Made by a program: the position numbers and the translations under genes. Below the pieces are notes generated by a model. That model was not told the DNA's origin, did no database searches, and saw only the letters and a list, made by a program, of their open reading frames with translations. Positions 28,324 to 37,287 of a DNA stretch of 45,313 nucleotides are shown here, one piece after another. The first letter of the stretch is position 1, and each line of letters opens with the position of its first letter. Where the stretch lies: positions 1 through 45,313 of IMG/VR virus record IMGVR_UViG_3300032253_000004; one strand, written 5' to 3'. Source of the DNA: a virus (taxonomy: Duplodnaviria; Caudoviricetes).

Positions 28324-28924
28324 TCCCGGCTGGCGCTGGATTGCGCTGATTAGTTATTCGCTTGTGACCGGAATGGGGTTGGCGGTGATCGTCTCTTGGT
28401 TTGCGCATTATGAACCGGGTGTTCGGGTCATCCCCGGCGCGGCGCCGATGCAGATGAATACGGCAATCTGTATGGCGATGTTGGGTGTGTCGGGTCTGTG
28501 TCGAATCCCGCGCCTGTCCAAATGGCTGGCTGTGGGCGTGGTAGTGATTGCTGCCGCAACGCTCGGCCAGGATTTGTTTGGCTGGTGGCTCGGCATCGAC
28601 ACGCTTTTGATGAAGCCCTGGTATTATGAAAACACGCCTGTGCCGGGCCGCATGGCGGTCTTCACCGCGATCTGCTTCATTTGTGCGGCCTGGCTGACCC
28701 TGTTCTATAGCCCGGGCAATGCGCTGGCTTTGATCGGTGCTGTGGCCGTGATCGGTGTCATGGCTCTGCTCGCCTATGCGATGTCTCACGATGCGCCGTT
28801 GGCCCTTGGCTCTGACACCTCGGCCATGGCGGTCCATACGGCGGGCGGGTTTGTGCTGTGGTCGATTGCTCGCGCGCGGCGCGAATACCGGCGAATGAAA
28901 AAGGATCATGACTTAGGCGTGTAG
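28310..28924 (+). CDS. Multi-pass membrane protein resembling the TM input domain of sensor kinases/diguanylate cyclases
   Basis: AAGGAGGT RBS; about 6 TM; MQMNTA, LGIDTLL, PGRMAVFTA, MAVHTA motifs. Confidence 0.65.
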   Translation: MTRLDPGWRWIALISYSLVTGMGLAVIVSWFAHYEPGVRVIPGAAPMQMNTAICMAMLGVSGLCRIPRLSKWLAVGVVVIAAATLGQDLFGWWLGIDTLLMKPWYYENTPVPGRMAVFTAICFICAAWLTLFYSPGNALALIGAVAVIGVMALLAYAMSHDAPLALGSDTSAMAVHTAGGFVLWSIARARREYRRMKKDHDLGV

Positions 28925-29518
28925 AGATAGATATCTGGCGATACTCCAGTCGATCAAAAAAAGGGTGGTCACGACGCCGACTGGTACAAGAAGATATAAG
29001 GTCACTACGGCTCTTTTTCGTCGGTCCGCCCACCGGTCCAGATGGTGGCGATTCACAAAGTGAGCCCTTATTGGCATCACTATAAAAGCAAATGTCGATG
29101 GCATTAAGGTAGCTCCAATCAATAACCAAATTAGGCTTGCTGGATCCATGTTTTCACTTTGGATAAGCCACCACGGAATAAAAAGTATAATCGAACCAGC
29201 GATTAAGATGGCCCAGGTATGTCCAAAAACGCCGTCAGCTCGATGATGAAGAAGTTTGTCATCGGCCAGCCGCCAGCTCAGCAAGAGCATGGTGGCCATG
29301 ATAATACCGGAGTCGATCTGAATAGACGTGAGAGGGATGCCAAGCCATCCAACGACCGCATCGCGGATCGTCTGGTAGCGGACGATTACCCACTCGGTTA
29401 GGAATTGTTCCGCCAAAAGCACACCATCGGCGATACTGAGAAACGATAAGGCCGACAGCGCTGTCGATCCGCCCAGCCAAATTCTCCTGAGTATTCTGCG
29501 TTCCGCTTTTCGGGCCAT
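28913..29518 (-). CDS. Moron-like membrane protein
   Basis: Antisense to the late operon, visibly AT-richer, about 5 TM segments. Confidence 0.7.
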   Translation of the reverse strand: MARKAERRILRRIWLGGSTALSALSFLSIADGVLLAEQFLTEWVIVRYQTIRDAVVGWLGIPLTSIQIDSGIIMATMLLLSWRLADDKLLHHRADGVFGHTWAILIAGSIILFIPWWLIQSENMDPASLIWLLIGATLMPSTFAFIVMPIRAHFVNRHHLDRWADRRKRAVVTLYLLVPVGVVTTLFLIDWSIARYLSLHA

Positions 29519-29587
29519 CTACAAAGTATATGCATCGGGCGCCCACGCAACTAGGCCTCCGAGCGCCGTTTGCCATCTCTTTCTCCT

Positions 29588-29613
29588 GCCCGCCTTTGAG
29601 CGGGCTTTTTCTT
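29588..29613 (+). terminator. Intrinsic terminator
   Basis: GCCCGC-CTTTGA-GCGGGC followed by TTTTTCTT. Confidence 0.75.
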
Positions 29614-29633
29614 GCCCGAACAGGAGTGGTGCC

Positions 29634-30083
29634 ATGAGGCCCATAAAGCGCATTTTCATCCATTGCTCGGCGACGCCGGCGGATATGTATGTGGACGCGG
29701 CGCTCATTCACCGCTGGCACACCGATCCAAAGCCACAGGGCCGGGGTTGGTCTGATATTGGCTATCACTTCGTCTTGCCGCGTGATGGCACAATAGAAGC
29801 CGGGCGTCCCGTTGCACTGATCGGCGCTCATGTCCTGAACCACAATCGCGACAGCATCGGGATTTGCCTGGCGGGCGGTGTCGCCGCCGATGGCAAAACT
29901 CCCGAGGCCAACTTTACCGCCGCCCAGATGCGTGGCCTGCGGTTGTTCCTGATTGTCATGAAGGCGACCTATGGTCTTACCGAGGCCGACATAGTGGGCC
30001 ACCGGGATGCACCCGGTGTCGCCAAGGCCTGCCCGTCCTTCGATGTGGCGCATTGGCTGGCGACAGAAGAGGTGCGGCCATGA
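29634..30083 (+). CDS. Endolysin, N-acetylmuramoyl-L-alanine amidase (T7 lysozyme/Amidase_2 type)
   Basis: IFIHCSAT, GWSDIGYHF, GAHV, SIGICLAGG, GHRD, KACPSFDV. Confidence 0.95.
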   Translation: MRPIKRIFIHCSATPADMYVDAALIHRWHTDPKPQGRGWSDIGYHFVLPRDGTIEAGRPVALIGAHVLNHNRDSIGICLAGGVAADGKTPEANFTAAQMRGLRLFLIVMKATYGLTEADIVGHRDAPGVAKACPSFDVAHWLATEEVRP

Positions 30084-30469
30084 CCCGATATCTCTTGTCT
30101 GCCGCTGTCGGCGCGTTCGCCGGCATCCTGTGGCTATTGTTTCTCGGCGTGCCCTGGCTGATCCCGTCCTATTTGTCGCTGCGCGATGATCTTCAAACGG
30201 CGCGGGCCGCAGCTGCCGGTCAGGCCGAAGCGTTTGATGCGAGCGAGATGATCCGTAAAGACGAGAACCAAACAGCCATCGAAGCCGTCAGTAATGGCCG
30301 TCAGTCCTGTGAGGCAGAAATCGCCTCCGTAACCGCCGTGTATGAGGCGGCGCTGCGCAATGCCCTTGGAGGTACAGACAATGAAATATCGAATGTTCAG
30401 CCCAATGGTGGCCGCGCTATCCGTCCTCCTGGCGGGCTGCGAGACCATCCCGCGATGGGCGAGAATTGA
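30080..30469 (+). CDS. Inner-membrane spanin (Rz-like)
   Basis: Single N-terminal TM then a helical segment; follows the endolysin. Confidence 0.75.
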   Translation: MTRYLLSAAVGAFAGILWLLFLGVPWLIPSYLSLRDDLQTARAAAAGQAEAFDASEMIRKDENQTAIEAVSNGRQSCEAEIASVTAVYEAALRNALGGTDNEISNVQPNGGRAIRPPGGLRDHPAMGEN

Positions 30470-30704
30470 TCAACCTGATCCGCCTGCACCCAGCCCCCTG
30501 ATCTGCGCGCCGATTCAGCCAGCCCCGGTATTGCCGGACGGGGCGGGGTATCCGCAGCCCAACCGTGACATCGATCCCAATTATGAGGAACTGATCTTCG
30601 CACAAGCGCGCGCCGATGCGTGGGTTGATCGACTGACAAAGTGGGGCCAGCGAGGATGGGAAATTGTTGCAATCGCGCAGGAGAATTGCGCTCAGGCAGA
30701 TTAG
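30381..30704 (+). CDS. Outer-membrane spanin lipoprotein (Rz1-like)
   Basis: GGAGG RBS, lipobox LLAGC, Pro-rich; overlaps Rz in another frame. Confidence 0.78.
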   Translation: MKYRMFSPMVAALSVLLAGCETIPRWARIDQPDPPAPSPLICAPIQPAPVLPDGAGYPQPNRDIDPNYEELIFAQARADAWVDRLTKWGQRGWEIVAIAQENCAQAD

Positions 30705-30949
30705 ACCTTCGGCCTTGTGATCTGCCCCATTACGTCCGTCCAGCGCGGCGTCACGTCGAGCGGCTTCCGGCAGCGTTCACACACGGCGCGGCGACGCAAT
30801 TTGTTTGCGCAATGGACTTCCCACTCTGACAGATTGCGCGCCCAATCGTCGGGCATGGCCTTGACGTCGGCGAACGCTTGGCGCTGGCAGCGGTAGCAGT
30901 TCAACTCGAAAGCGTGGATGGTAGGCGAGTGGCTTGGCGTGTCGCTCAT
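30701..30949 (-). CDS. Small Zn-binding hypothetical protein
   Basis: CYRC and CERC pairs; 82 aa, convergent with the spanins. Confidence 0.55.
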   Translation of the reverse strand: MSDTPSHSPTIHAFELNCYRCQRQAFADVKAMPDDWARNLSEWEVHCANKLRRRAVCERCRKPLDVTPRWTDVMGQITRPKV

Positions 30950-31083
30950 GGCTGCCCGAGGCTGAGTTGAACGGGCGTAAAACCACCCCCAATTTTTTAC
31001 ATCGTCCGGAATGCTCTTTTAGAATCAAAGGCCGTGTTTTCGGGTTTTTACAGGTAACGCACTATTATATATAGAAAGCGGCC

Positions 31084-31131
31084 TGACTTTTAATCAATAG
31101 GTCCAGGGTTCGAACCCCTGCCGGCTCACCA
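31084..31131 (+). other. attP: attP core: 3' half of tRNA-Lys(TTT)
   Basis: TGA-CTTTTAA-TCA anticodon arm, CAGGG-TTCGAAC-CCCTG T-arm, CCGGCTC-ACCA end; no D-arm or 5' acceptor strand; next to the integrase. Confidence 0.9.
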
Positions 31132-31191
31132 TCCTTTTCAGTGACTTAGCGGAAATCGGCGCCTGCCAACCAAGTGCTTTTTACACATTTT

Positions 31192-32217
31192 TTACACCGA
31201 TGTCCCGGATTCGTTCCGGTTTAAGCGGGCTATCGCTGCCGAGATTATGGTCTCGCGATCCACATAAAGCCTGCGAATATTTGCGATGTCAGAGACAGAC
31301 CAGCCGATAATTTCGGCAATTTCGCGGTCATCAAGCCCGGCAAGGGCCAGCTCCGTTGCAGCATTTCCCCTCAAATCATGCCAGCGTTTTGACACACCGG
31401 CTTTGCGCCGTGCCTTTCCTTCGACCGTAGAAAGCCCATCAGGCGTCCATGGGCGGCCTTTCTGGCCTGTGAGCAGTGTCGGGCCTAGTTTAGGCGTTGC
31501 CGCTATCAGCGCGCGCGCTGCGGGCGTGAGCGGCACGATTACGCGCCGTCCGCGCTTGGATGTTGTCCAGTCAATATGTGTGCCATGAAATGCTGACCAT
31601 GGAAGGTGGACCAGATCGCCTCTGCGCAGGCCGGTAAATCGCGCGAGATGCATTGCGCGTTGGAGGGCTGGGGATGCGTGCGCGCAAAAAGCCTCAATCT
31701 CTTGGGGCTCCCATATTTCCTTTGATCGATCTGACTTGTGCAAGCGCTTCAGGCGCGATGCGACATTCATCGTCATGTCGCCGTTATCGACGCCAAACGA
31801 CAGGACTCGGCGCAGGATGGCAGCGGCCATGTCCGCCTTGCGTGGGTTGGCGGCCATTGCATCGCGCCAAGCCTTTACGTGGCGGCGCATTCTCTTGTCA
31901 TCCATTACAGCGAGGGGTGCAGCCCCAAACTCTTCGCGGATCATGTCGAGGTATCGCCCATAATTCTTGCGTGTTGCCGGATTGAGACCTTGGTAATCCT
32001 GCGATGCCTTGTAGGCGACGATCAGTGCGGAGAAGGATTTGGGGTTGGGAAGGGACCGGCCATTGATCGCCTCGGCATGGCTGGCAATAAATTCGGTGCT
32101 TCCGGGAAGTCCTTTTAGGCGCGGTCCACCCCGCCACGCATAGTAATAAACGGTCGTTTTGCCATCGCCGCGCGTTGTTGTGACCTTGTGGACGCCTTTA
32201 AGCTGCACGGCCACCAT
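31192..32217 (-). CDS. int: Tyrosine integrase
   Basis: TGLRRGDL, TSKRG, HDLRG, IGWS, LYVD catalytic motifs; N-terminal YYYAWRGGP. Confidence 0.95.
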   Translation of the reverse strand: MVAVQLKGVHKVTTTRGDGKTTVYYYAWRGGPRLKGLPGSTEFIASHAEAINGRSLPNPKSFSALIVAYKASQDYQGLNPATRKNYGRYLDMIREEFGAAPLAVMDDKRMRRHVKAWRDAMAANPRKADMAAAILRRVLSFGVDNGDMTMNVASRLKRLHKSDRSKEIWEPQEIEAFCAHASPALQRAMHLARFTGLRRGDLVHLPWSAFHGTHIDWTTSKRGRRVIVPLTPAARALIAATPKLGPTLLTGQKGRPWTPDGLSTVEGKARRKAGVSKRWHDLRGNAATELALAGLDDREIAEIIGWSVSDIANIRRLYVDRETIISAAIARLNRNESGTSV

Positions 32218-32398
32218 CCTTGTTCTTCTCCCAAGCCTCGAACGGATCGCACGATACCGCCAACTGGTCGGGTGTCAAAATCATCACACTTCCATCTGGT
32301 TTGATTTCCACGGCGCCAATCTCCACGCCAGCCTTACGCACCGCACGAATGTAGCGTTCGATTACGTGTTGCTGAGGAGTGGATTGCGCAGCAGCCAT
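32198..32398 (-). CDS. Putative excisionase-like protein
   Basis: 66 aa overlapping the int start; 'RAVRKAGVEIGAVEIKPDG' pattern. Confidence 0.55.
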   Translation of the reverse strand: MAAAQSTPQQHVIERYIRAVRKAGVEIGAVEIKPDGSVMILTPDQLAVSCDPFEAWEKNKDGGRAA

Positions 32399-32400
32399 GG

Positions 32401-32793
32401 TTACCTGTGAGCCTCGCCTTGCTCGGGGTGGTCCGCATGCGCTGGGTGGAAACGGTCTTGCGGGTAATGATAAGGGCCACGGTAGGGGCAGGGTTTGCCG
32501 ATATCCGTTTCGTGGCCGCGAAATTTTGAAACAAATCCGCCACCGGGCAGAGGCTCTGAAATGATGCGGGAAATAGGCACCCGGATGCTGTCAGGGCTGT
32601 TCGGCTTGTCTAGCTTTTCGGCTTTGCTCAGTTTCCGTTCAACGGTTTGGTCACATGTCGCACGGCAGTCACCCGTTTTGGGGTAGTCAGGGTCAACATC
32701 AAAATACCGGCAGCATCGCCCACATTCTCGGCTCGCAGGATGCGCAGCATCCGAGGACACGGACACGGTTACGGGCTCATCTGATTTACTCAT
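32401..32793 (-). CDS. Hypothetical Cys-containing protein
   Basis: GGAG RBS; CGRCC motif. Confidence 0.6.
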   Translation of the reverse strand: MSKSDEPVTVSVSSDAAHPASRECGRCCRYFDVDPDYPKTGDCRATCDQTVERKLSKAEKLDKPNSPDSIRVPISRIISEPLPGGGFVSKFRGHETDIGKPCPYRGPYHYPQDRFHPAHADHPEQGEAHR

Positions 32794-33050
32794 CTTTCTG
32801 CTCCATCGGCTTTAGCGATAACGCGACGAGTATCGTCCACACGTCTCAGCGCTGGAATTGCCGTTGATCGGATTTTCGAGAAGACTGACCTCAGTCCCGC
32901 TTCGTGGTCGCGAATGTAGTGTTTGCCAAGGCTGTCCTTGAACGCCTTAATGAACGCATCATCGCCGTAACCAACGAGGGCTTCTAGCGCGCGGCATTCT
33001 GACTCATTGAGTTGCATGTCTGCTCGCACGTCGATTGTGACTCTAATCAT
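32790..33050 (-). CDS. Hypothetical protein
   Basis: GGAG RBS, start MIRVTIDV; coupled to neighbours. Confidence 0.65.
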   Translation of the reverse strand: MIRVTIDVRADMQLNESECRALEALVGYGDDAFIKAFKDSLGKHYIRDHEAGLRSVFSKIRSTAIPALRRVDDTRRVIAKADGAER

Positions 33051-33237
33051 CTTTCTGCTCCTGTGCTGGGATGAGATACTCTGCGACAAAATCAGCGCTA
33101 AACTCGCTCTGCCAGCCGCAACTGGGGCATTCCATCTGCTCCCCATTCCAAACGGTTCGATGCAGGCGGCACCGTAAATGTGGGCAATAGGGCCGATACG
33201 CCGGGTCTTTCAGCATGTTGTCGCGAACAATGCTCAT
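33043..33237 (-). CDS. Small Zn-ribbon protein
   Basis: YCPHLRC and CPSCGW motifs. Confidence 0.65.
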   Translation of the reverse strand: MSIVRDNMLKDPAYRPYCPHLRCRLHRTVWNGEQMECPSCGWQSEFSADFVAEYLIPAQEQKDD

Positions 33238-33560
33238 GCTGCGGTCCCCCATAAAATGCCCAACCAAACGAATTTGCAGGCGATATGCAGGGTTTGATCA
33301 AGGCGAAATCCGATGCGGTTAGAACACTTCAAGTCGTCAATGACGAAGTGAGCGATTGCCTCCATTACGCCAAGCCACCAAACCCCTGTAATCAACGCGA
33401 CGGCACCGCCATGAATCGCGGCGTGCGCGCCTAATGCTTGCTCCCATGGAACGCCGGGGATAGGTGCGTGACGGTTTTTGGCCTTTGCCAGAAAATCACC
33501 TTGCAGGGGATAATCGCATAGGGCGTGAGCGGCGATCAGAAATATAGCGACTTCAATCAT
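33234..33560 (-). CDS. DUF3307-like membrane protein
   Basis: HALCDYPLQ, HAAIHG, HFVIDDLK, DQTLH motifs. Confidence 0.8.
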   Translation of the reverse strand: MIEVAIFLIAAHALCDYPLQGDFLAKAKNRHAPIPGVPWEQALGAHAAIHGGAVALITGVWWLGVMEAIAHFVIDDLKCSNRIGFRLDQTLHIACKFVWLGILWGTAA

Positions 33561-34129
33561 GTCTCACCTGTAGGGGCGGCGGAGAGCATGGCGCGGTAAA
33601 CAAAGCCAACAGGCGCACCTCTGCCACATTCTTGACCGGCCTTCAGCATCGCCTCTGTTGGCACCCACGGAACCATCACCATATCGTCAGGGGCAGGCTC
33701 ACTTACGGCGCTATCTGATGCACAAGGCTCCAAGGCTTCACGGATTACCTTCTCATAGTGGGCCTGTGCTGCGGTTTGGGCGGCTTCTAGGGTGGGGCAA
33801 TCAAGCCCTACGTCTTGGTCGTCACCGCTGATATTCCAGCCTTCGCAAATGACATGAAACCGACAATCTTCGTGGCAAATGCTGTATCCGATGAACGGCG
33901 CGTCTGCGACCCAACATCCGTTCGTAAGTTGGCTCGGCTCTTTCCACTCAAGCGCCTTAACCTTCACGGCCTGCCGCAAGTCATCGGGTGCCTTACGGTC
34001 CAGCATGTCGGCCATGAAGTGAACCAACCCGGGCGAAACTTCCAAGTCGCCTCCAGACCGAATGCGATAGCAAAGCAATGCGATCTCATCGCGCGCCTTT
34101 TCTTCGGCTGTCATGGGTGTGTCGGTCAT
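33557..34129 (-). CDS. Hypothetical mosaic early protein
   Basis: Common phage modules VKALEW..AAQTAAQAHYE and VPWVPTEAML..YRAMLSAAP. Confidence 0.7.
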   Translation of the reverse strand: MTDTPMTAEEKARDEIALLCYRIRSGGDLEVSPGLVHFMADMLDRKAPDDLRQAVKVKALEWKEPSQLTNGCWVADAPFIGYSICHEDCRFHVICEGWNISGDDQDVGLDCPTLEAAQTAAQAHYEKVIREALEPCASDSAVSEPAPDDMVMVPWVPTEAMLKAGQECGRGAPVGFVYRAMLSAAPTGET

Positions 34130-36081
34130 TGCGTCGGGCCTCCGTAAAGTTTGATCAGTGGGCCGCCGCCGGAAGCGATGCCGATTTGTTGGCTTTCACC
34201 TTGCGCGGTGCCGATTTTCTGCCCCTGCACATAGACCCGGCTGAACAATTCATAGGCGAGCTTGTCGCCGCGCCTGGCGCGGTCGTCGGTGCCGACCCGC
34301 ATAGCCTGAAACTTGATGTGTCCCGTGCGAACATGGTGGGCGATTTCGTGGATCAGCTGCCGGTCGGTCAGCTCGCGGGGCGATAAAGCCGGTCTGTCCG
34401 TTTTTTCGTCAGCCACCGGATCCGGCGAACGGCGTTCGCCGGTTGCAGGGCTGTCGCGACCCTCTATCCTTGAACGTTCCTCCAGCGTGACGAAGTCCGG
34501 CGCGACCCGCGACCCATTGGGCAATTCGGTCAGCTCCCGCTTCGCAGGCGCGCCGGCACCATGCATGTCGCCGGCGCGGGCCTTGCGGGCATGACTGGCG
34601 CGGGTCTCGTTGGGATGGACCACTCCGTCGACCACCAGCAGGGCAAAGCGCTGTGTGCCGTTAAAGCGTGTGGTCTCGGTAATCACGCCGGCTTTCTCGG
34701 CGGCGGCAATCTCGATATCGCTATCGAGCGCGTCATAGCCTTCCAGCGCTTTCATACGCCCGGCGATGTCGGTTCTGGTCATCTTCGCCTGGCCGTCGAA
34801 CACCGCATTTTCCCACCACATCACGTTGACGACGGGGGTTTTGGCCGCCGCGTCGTCGGCATGGGGTTTGGCGAGATCCGGTGTTTCCATGCGCGTGTCT
34901 TTGGCGCCGGCGTCCCGCAGGGCCTGGACAATAGCGCTGCGCTGTTTGTTGGTTCTCGCGATATTTGGATTGCCCCGGGTCAGCACGCGCCACAGCATCT
35001 GGTCGAGGGCTTCGCTGCGCGCGTTATCGTAGGAGTTCAGGGCCGGACTGTTGCGCGATATCCCGCCGCTGAAGCCGCCATCACTGTCCGCATAGTCGTG
35101 GGCAAAGCGCCAGCCGCCATCGTCACAATGGGCCAGTCGGATCTTCGCATGCGCGTGTTTCTTGTCCGCCCAGACGGTCTCTGTGAACTGGTCGGGGTAG
35201 ACGCCATTCTCATTAGGGCTGACTTGTGGGGCGTCGTCGGTAGGTTGGTCCGTCGCGCGCTTTTCGGTGACCAGATCGCGGGCCTCGGTGACGCTGATCT
35301 CGCCGGCGGCAAGGCGCGCCTGGTCGGCGGGTTTAAGCTCGCGCAGCTTGATGCGCTGCTGGACATAGCGCCGGCCGCTGGTTTCCGGGTTGGCCTGACC
35401 GATGGCGCGGGCAATGTCGGCGGTCGACAGGCCCAGCTGTGTGGCGCGATAAAAGGCGTTCGCATCATCCATCGGGTTGAGGTCCACACGCTGGCTGTTC
35501 TCGGCCAGCTGAGCGAGTAGGCGTTCGCCATCATTGTCCAGATCGGTGCGGATGATCGCCGGGATGGGCTTCCCATCGCTTTGTGACAGGCTCCAGGCGC
35601 GCCAGCGGCGCTCCCCCCAGATCAGAATATACCAACCCGGTTGATCCGGATCCGGGCGCGCGCCAATGGGCTGCATTAAGCCGCGCTCATCAATATCCGA
35701 TGCGAGCGACCATAGGTCATCGGCATCGCTGCGCGGATTGTTCGGGTCGGGGCTGATCTTTTTGGGGTCGATCAGGGACAGGCCGTCGCCTACGCGCGGG
35801 GCTTCATCGCCGGCGGGTAGTGTGTTTGAGCCCGTCGGGGTCTCTCCTGCCCAGAGCGCGGCGTGGGTTTGACCGAAGTCGGTAATGGTCAGCGGATCCA
35901 GCGTGATCAGGCCTGCGGCCTCGATGCGTTTAAGGTCCCGGCGAATGTTGGACGGCACCGCTTTGTGGCGCTCGGCCATCGCCTTGATGTCGGGTGCCGT
36001 GCCGCCATCGGCCAGCCGCGTTTTTATGTCGGCAATCAGCGCAAAGACGTGATCGGTGAGGGTGAGGGTGCGGGCTGTCAT
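34126..36081 (-). CDS. ParB/Spo0J-domain protein with N-terminal HTH and long C-terminal extension
   Basis: PDPNNPR, GLMQPI, GERRWRA, AENSQRVDLNPMDDA motifs. Confidence 0.88.
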   Translation of the reverse strand: MTARTLTLTDHVFALIADIKTRLADGGTAPDIKAMAERHKAVPSNIRRDLKRIEAAGLITLDPLTITDFGQTHAALWAGETPTGSNTLPAGDEAPRVGDGLSLIDPKKISPDPNNPRSDADDLWSLASDIDERGLMQPIGARPDPDQPGWYILIWGERRWRAWSLSQSDGKPIPAIIRTDLDNDGERLLAQLAENSQRVDLNPMDDANAFYRATQLGLSTADIARAIGQANPETSGRRYVQQRIKLRELKPADQARLAAGEISVTEARDLVTEKRATDQPTDDAPQVSPNENGVYPDQFTETVWADKKHAHAKIRLAHCDDGGWRFAHDYADSDGGFSGGISRNSPALNSYDNARSEALDQMLWRVLTRGNPNIARTNKQRSAIVQALRDAGAKDTRMETPDLAKPHADDAAAKTPVVNVMWWENAVFDGQAKMTRTDIAGRMKALEGYDALDSDIEIAAAEKAGVITETTRFNGTQRFALLVVDGVVHPNETRASHARKARAGDMHGAGAPAKRELTELPNGSRVAPDFVTLEERSRIEGRDSPATGERRSPDPVADEKTDRPALSPRELTDRQLIHEIAHHVRTGHIKFQAMRVGTDDRARRGDKLAYELFSRVYVQGQKIGTAQGESQQIGIASGGGPLIKLYGGPTQ

Positions 36082-36956
36082 GCTGGGTCTCCCTGTCGGC
36101 GGCGCCATAGTCGTGCGTGGCGCGGTGTGCCGATTTCGGTCGTGTCATTGAATTTGAAACTGACGGTCTGTCCGATATCGGCCATTGTGAATCTGTGGTT
36201 TTTCGCCTGCAGGGGCAGGGCGCGGCCGCGCCAGCGGGTTTGCAGCGCACCGGCATTCAAAATGCCGGTGATCACCGCCTCATCGTCCTGGACACGCTTG
36301 TATTTCAACAGCGAGGAATAGCGCCCATGGTCGCGGCCGCCATGATAGCGGCCATAGGGATTGCGCAGAATAATGCCGTCGCAATCGCCGCGCTCTGCGG
36401 CCTCGGCTTCAAAGCGTTTAAGGTGGGCCAGTGTTTCAATTCGCTGCCCGCTTAGACAGTTGAGTCTTGCGTCGCCGATAATCTCCGGTTCGGGAAGATC
36501 GCCCAGGCGGTCTTCGGTCATCGCCACGTCGCGCAACCGGTCGAACACGAAATAGGTGAAGGGCACGATGCCGGTGTGATGGTTGATCAGCGACAGGGTG
36601 GCGTCAAAGCCATCCTCTGCGCGCAATTCACCATCGACATCTTTCAGGGCAAATTTGCGCAAAGCGGCATCCAGATCACGATTGACCAGCGGCTTGCCGC
36701 TGCGCGTGCGCGGTACGCCGCCGTGGTCAATCCATACCCTTACGCCGTCGATTTTGGGTTGGGCGATGACCGGCAATTCTACGTCGCGCATGGATTTCAG
36801 CGTCCCTGCCTGCATAGGGCGGCGCAGTGGTTTGGCGCGGTGTACCGGGCGATTGTCCGGCGTGTGGGTCCGGCAGGCAGCGTGAAACACAGTGCCGGTC
36901 AACGTGACGCGCTGACCATGAAAGGTGAGATCAACAGATTGCGTGGCCGGCGTCAT
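36078..36956 (-). CDS. ATP-dependent DNA ligase (minimal)
   Basis: Motif I PKIDGVR, DGEL, YFVFD, DGIILR, LLKYKR; start taken as ATG 36956. Confidence 0.85.
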   Translation of the reverse strand: MTPATQSVDLTFHGQRVTLTGTVFHAACRTHTPDNRPVHRAKPLRRPMQAGTLKSMRDVELPVIAQPKIDGVRVWIDHGGVPRTRSGKPLVNRDLDAALRKFALKDVDGELRAEDGFDATLSLINHHTGIVPFTYFVFDRLRDVAMTEDRLGDLPEPEIIGDARLNCLSGQRIETLAHLKRFEAEAAERGDCDGIILRNPYGRYHGGRDHGRYSSLLKYKRVQDDEAVITGILNAGALQTRWRGRALPLQAKNHRFTMADIGQTVSFKFNDTTEIGTPRHARLWRRRQGDPA

Positions 36957-37243
36957 GCTGCGCCGCCTGATTCTGGCTGCGCGAAACCGCGTTCGTCGAT
37001 GGGGATCAGGTGATGGCAATCCTCGGCGACCGTCACGCCGCGATAATGGGTCGGCCCGTCGCAGAGGATCCGGGCGCGCCCGGTTCGCGGGTATAGTGCG
37101 GCGATAGTGCCGGTGACCTCGACCCGGCCGCGCAGCATCGTGACGCGCTCGCCAACATGGCGATGTGTCTGGGCGCGTCGCGCCAGGAATTGGGGCAGGG
37201 AGATAACCTGTCCCGTTGTCGGAGGGTGGGGGGTGAGTGACAT
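36953..37243 (-). CDS. First gene of leftward early operon, hypothetical
   Basis: GGGAG RBS, ATG 37243, downstream of the PL-like promoter. Confidence 0.55.
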   Translation of the reverse strand: MSLTPHPPTTGQVISLPQFLARRAQTHRHVGERVTMLRGRVEVTGTIAALYPRTGRARILCDGPTHYRGVTVAEDCHHLIPIDERGFAQPESGGAA

Positions 37244-37287
37244 TTTCGGCTCCCAAATCAGGCGAACGGCGTTCGCGTCGGGATCGG

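Noticed and set aside
31060-31131. Intact tRNA-Lys gene
   Set aside because: The upstream sequence cannot form a D-arm or the 5' acceptor strand; only the 3' half is present, so it is an att core
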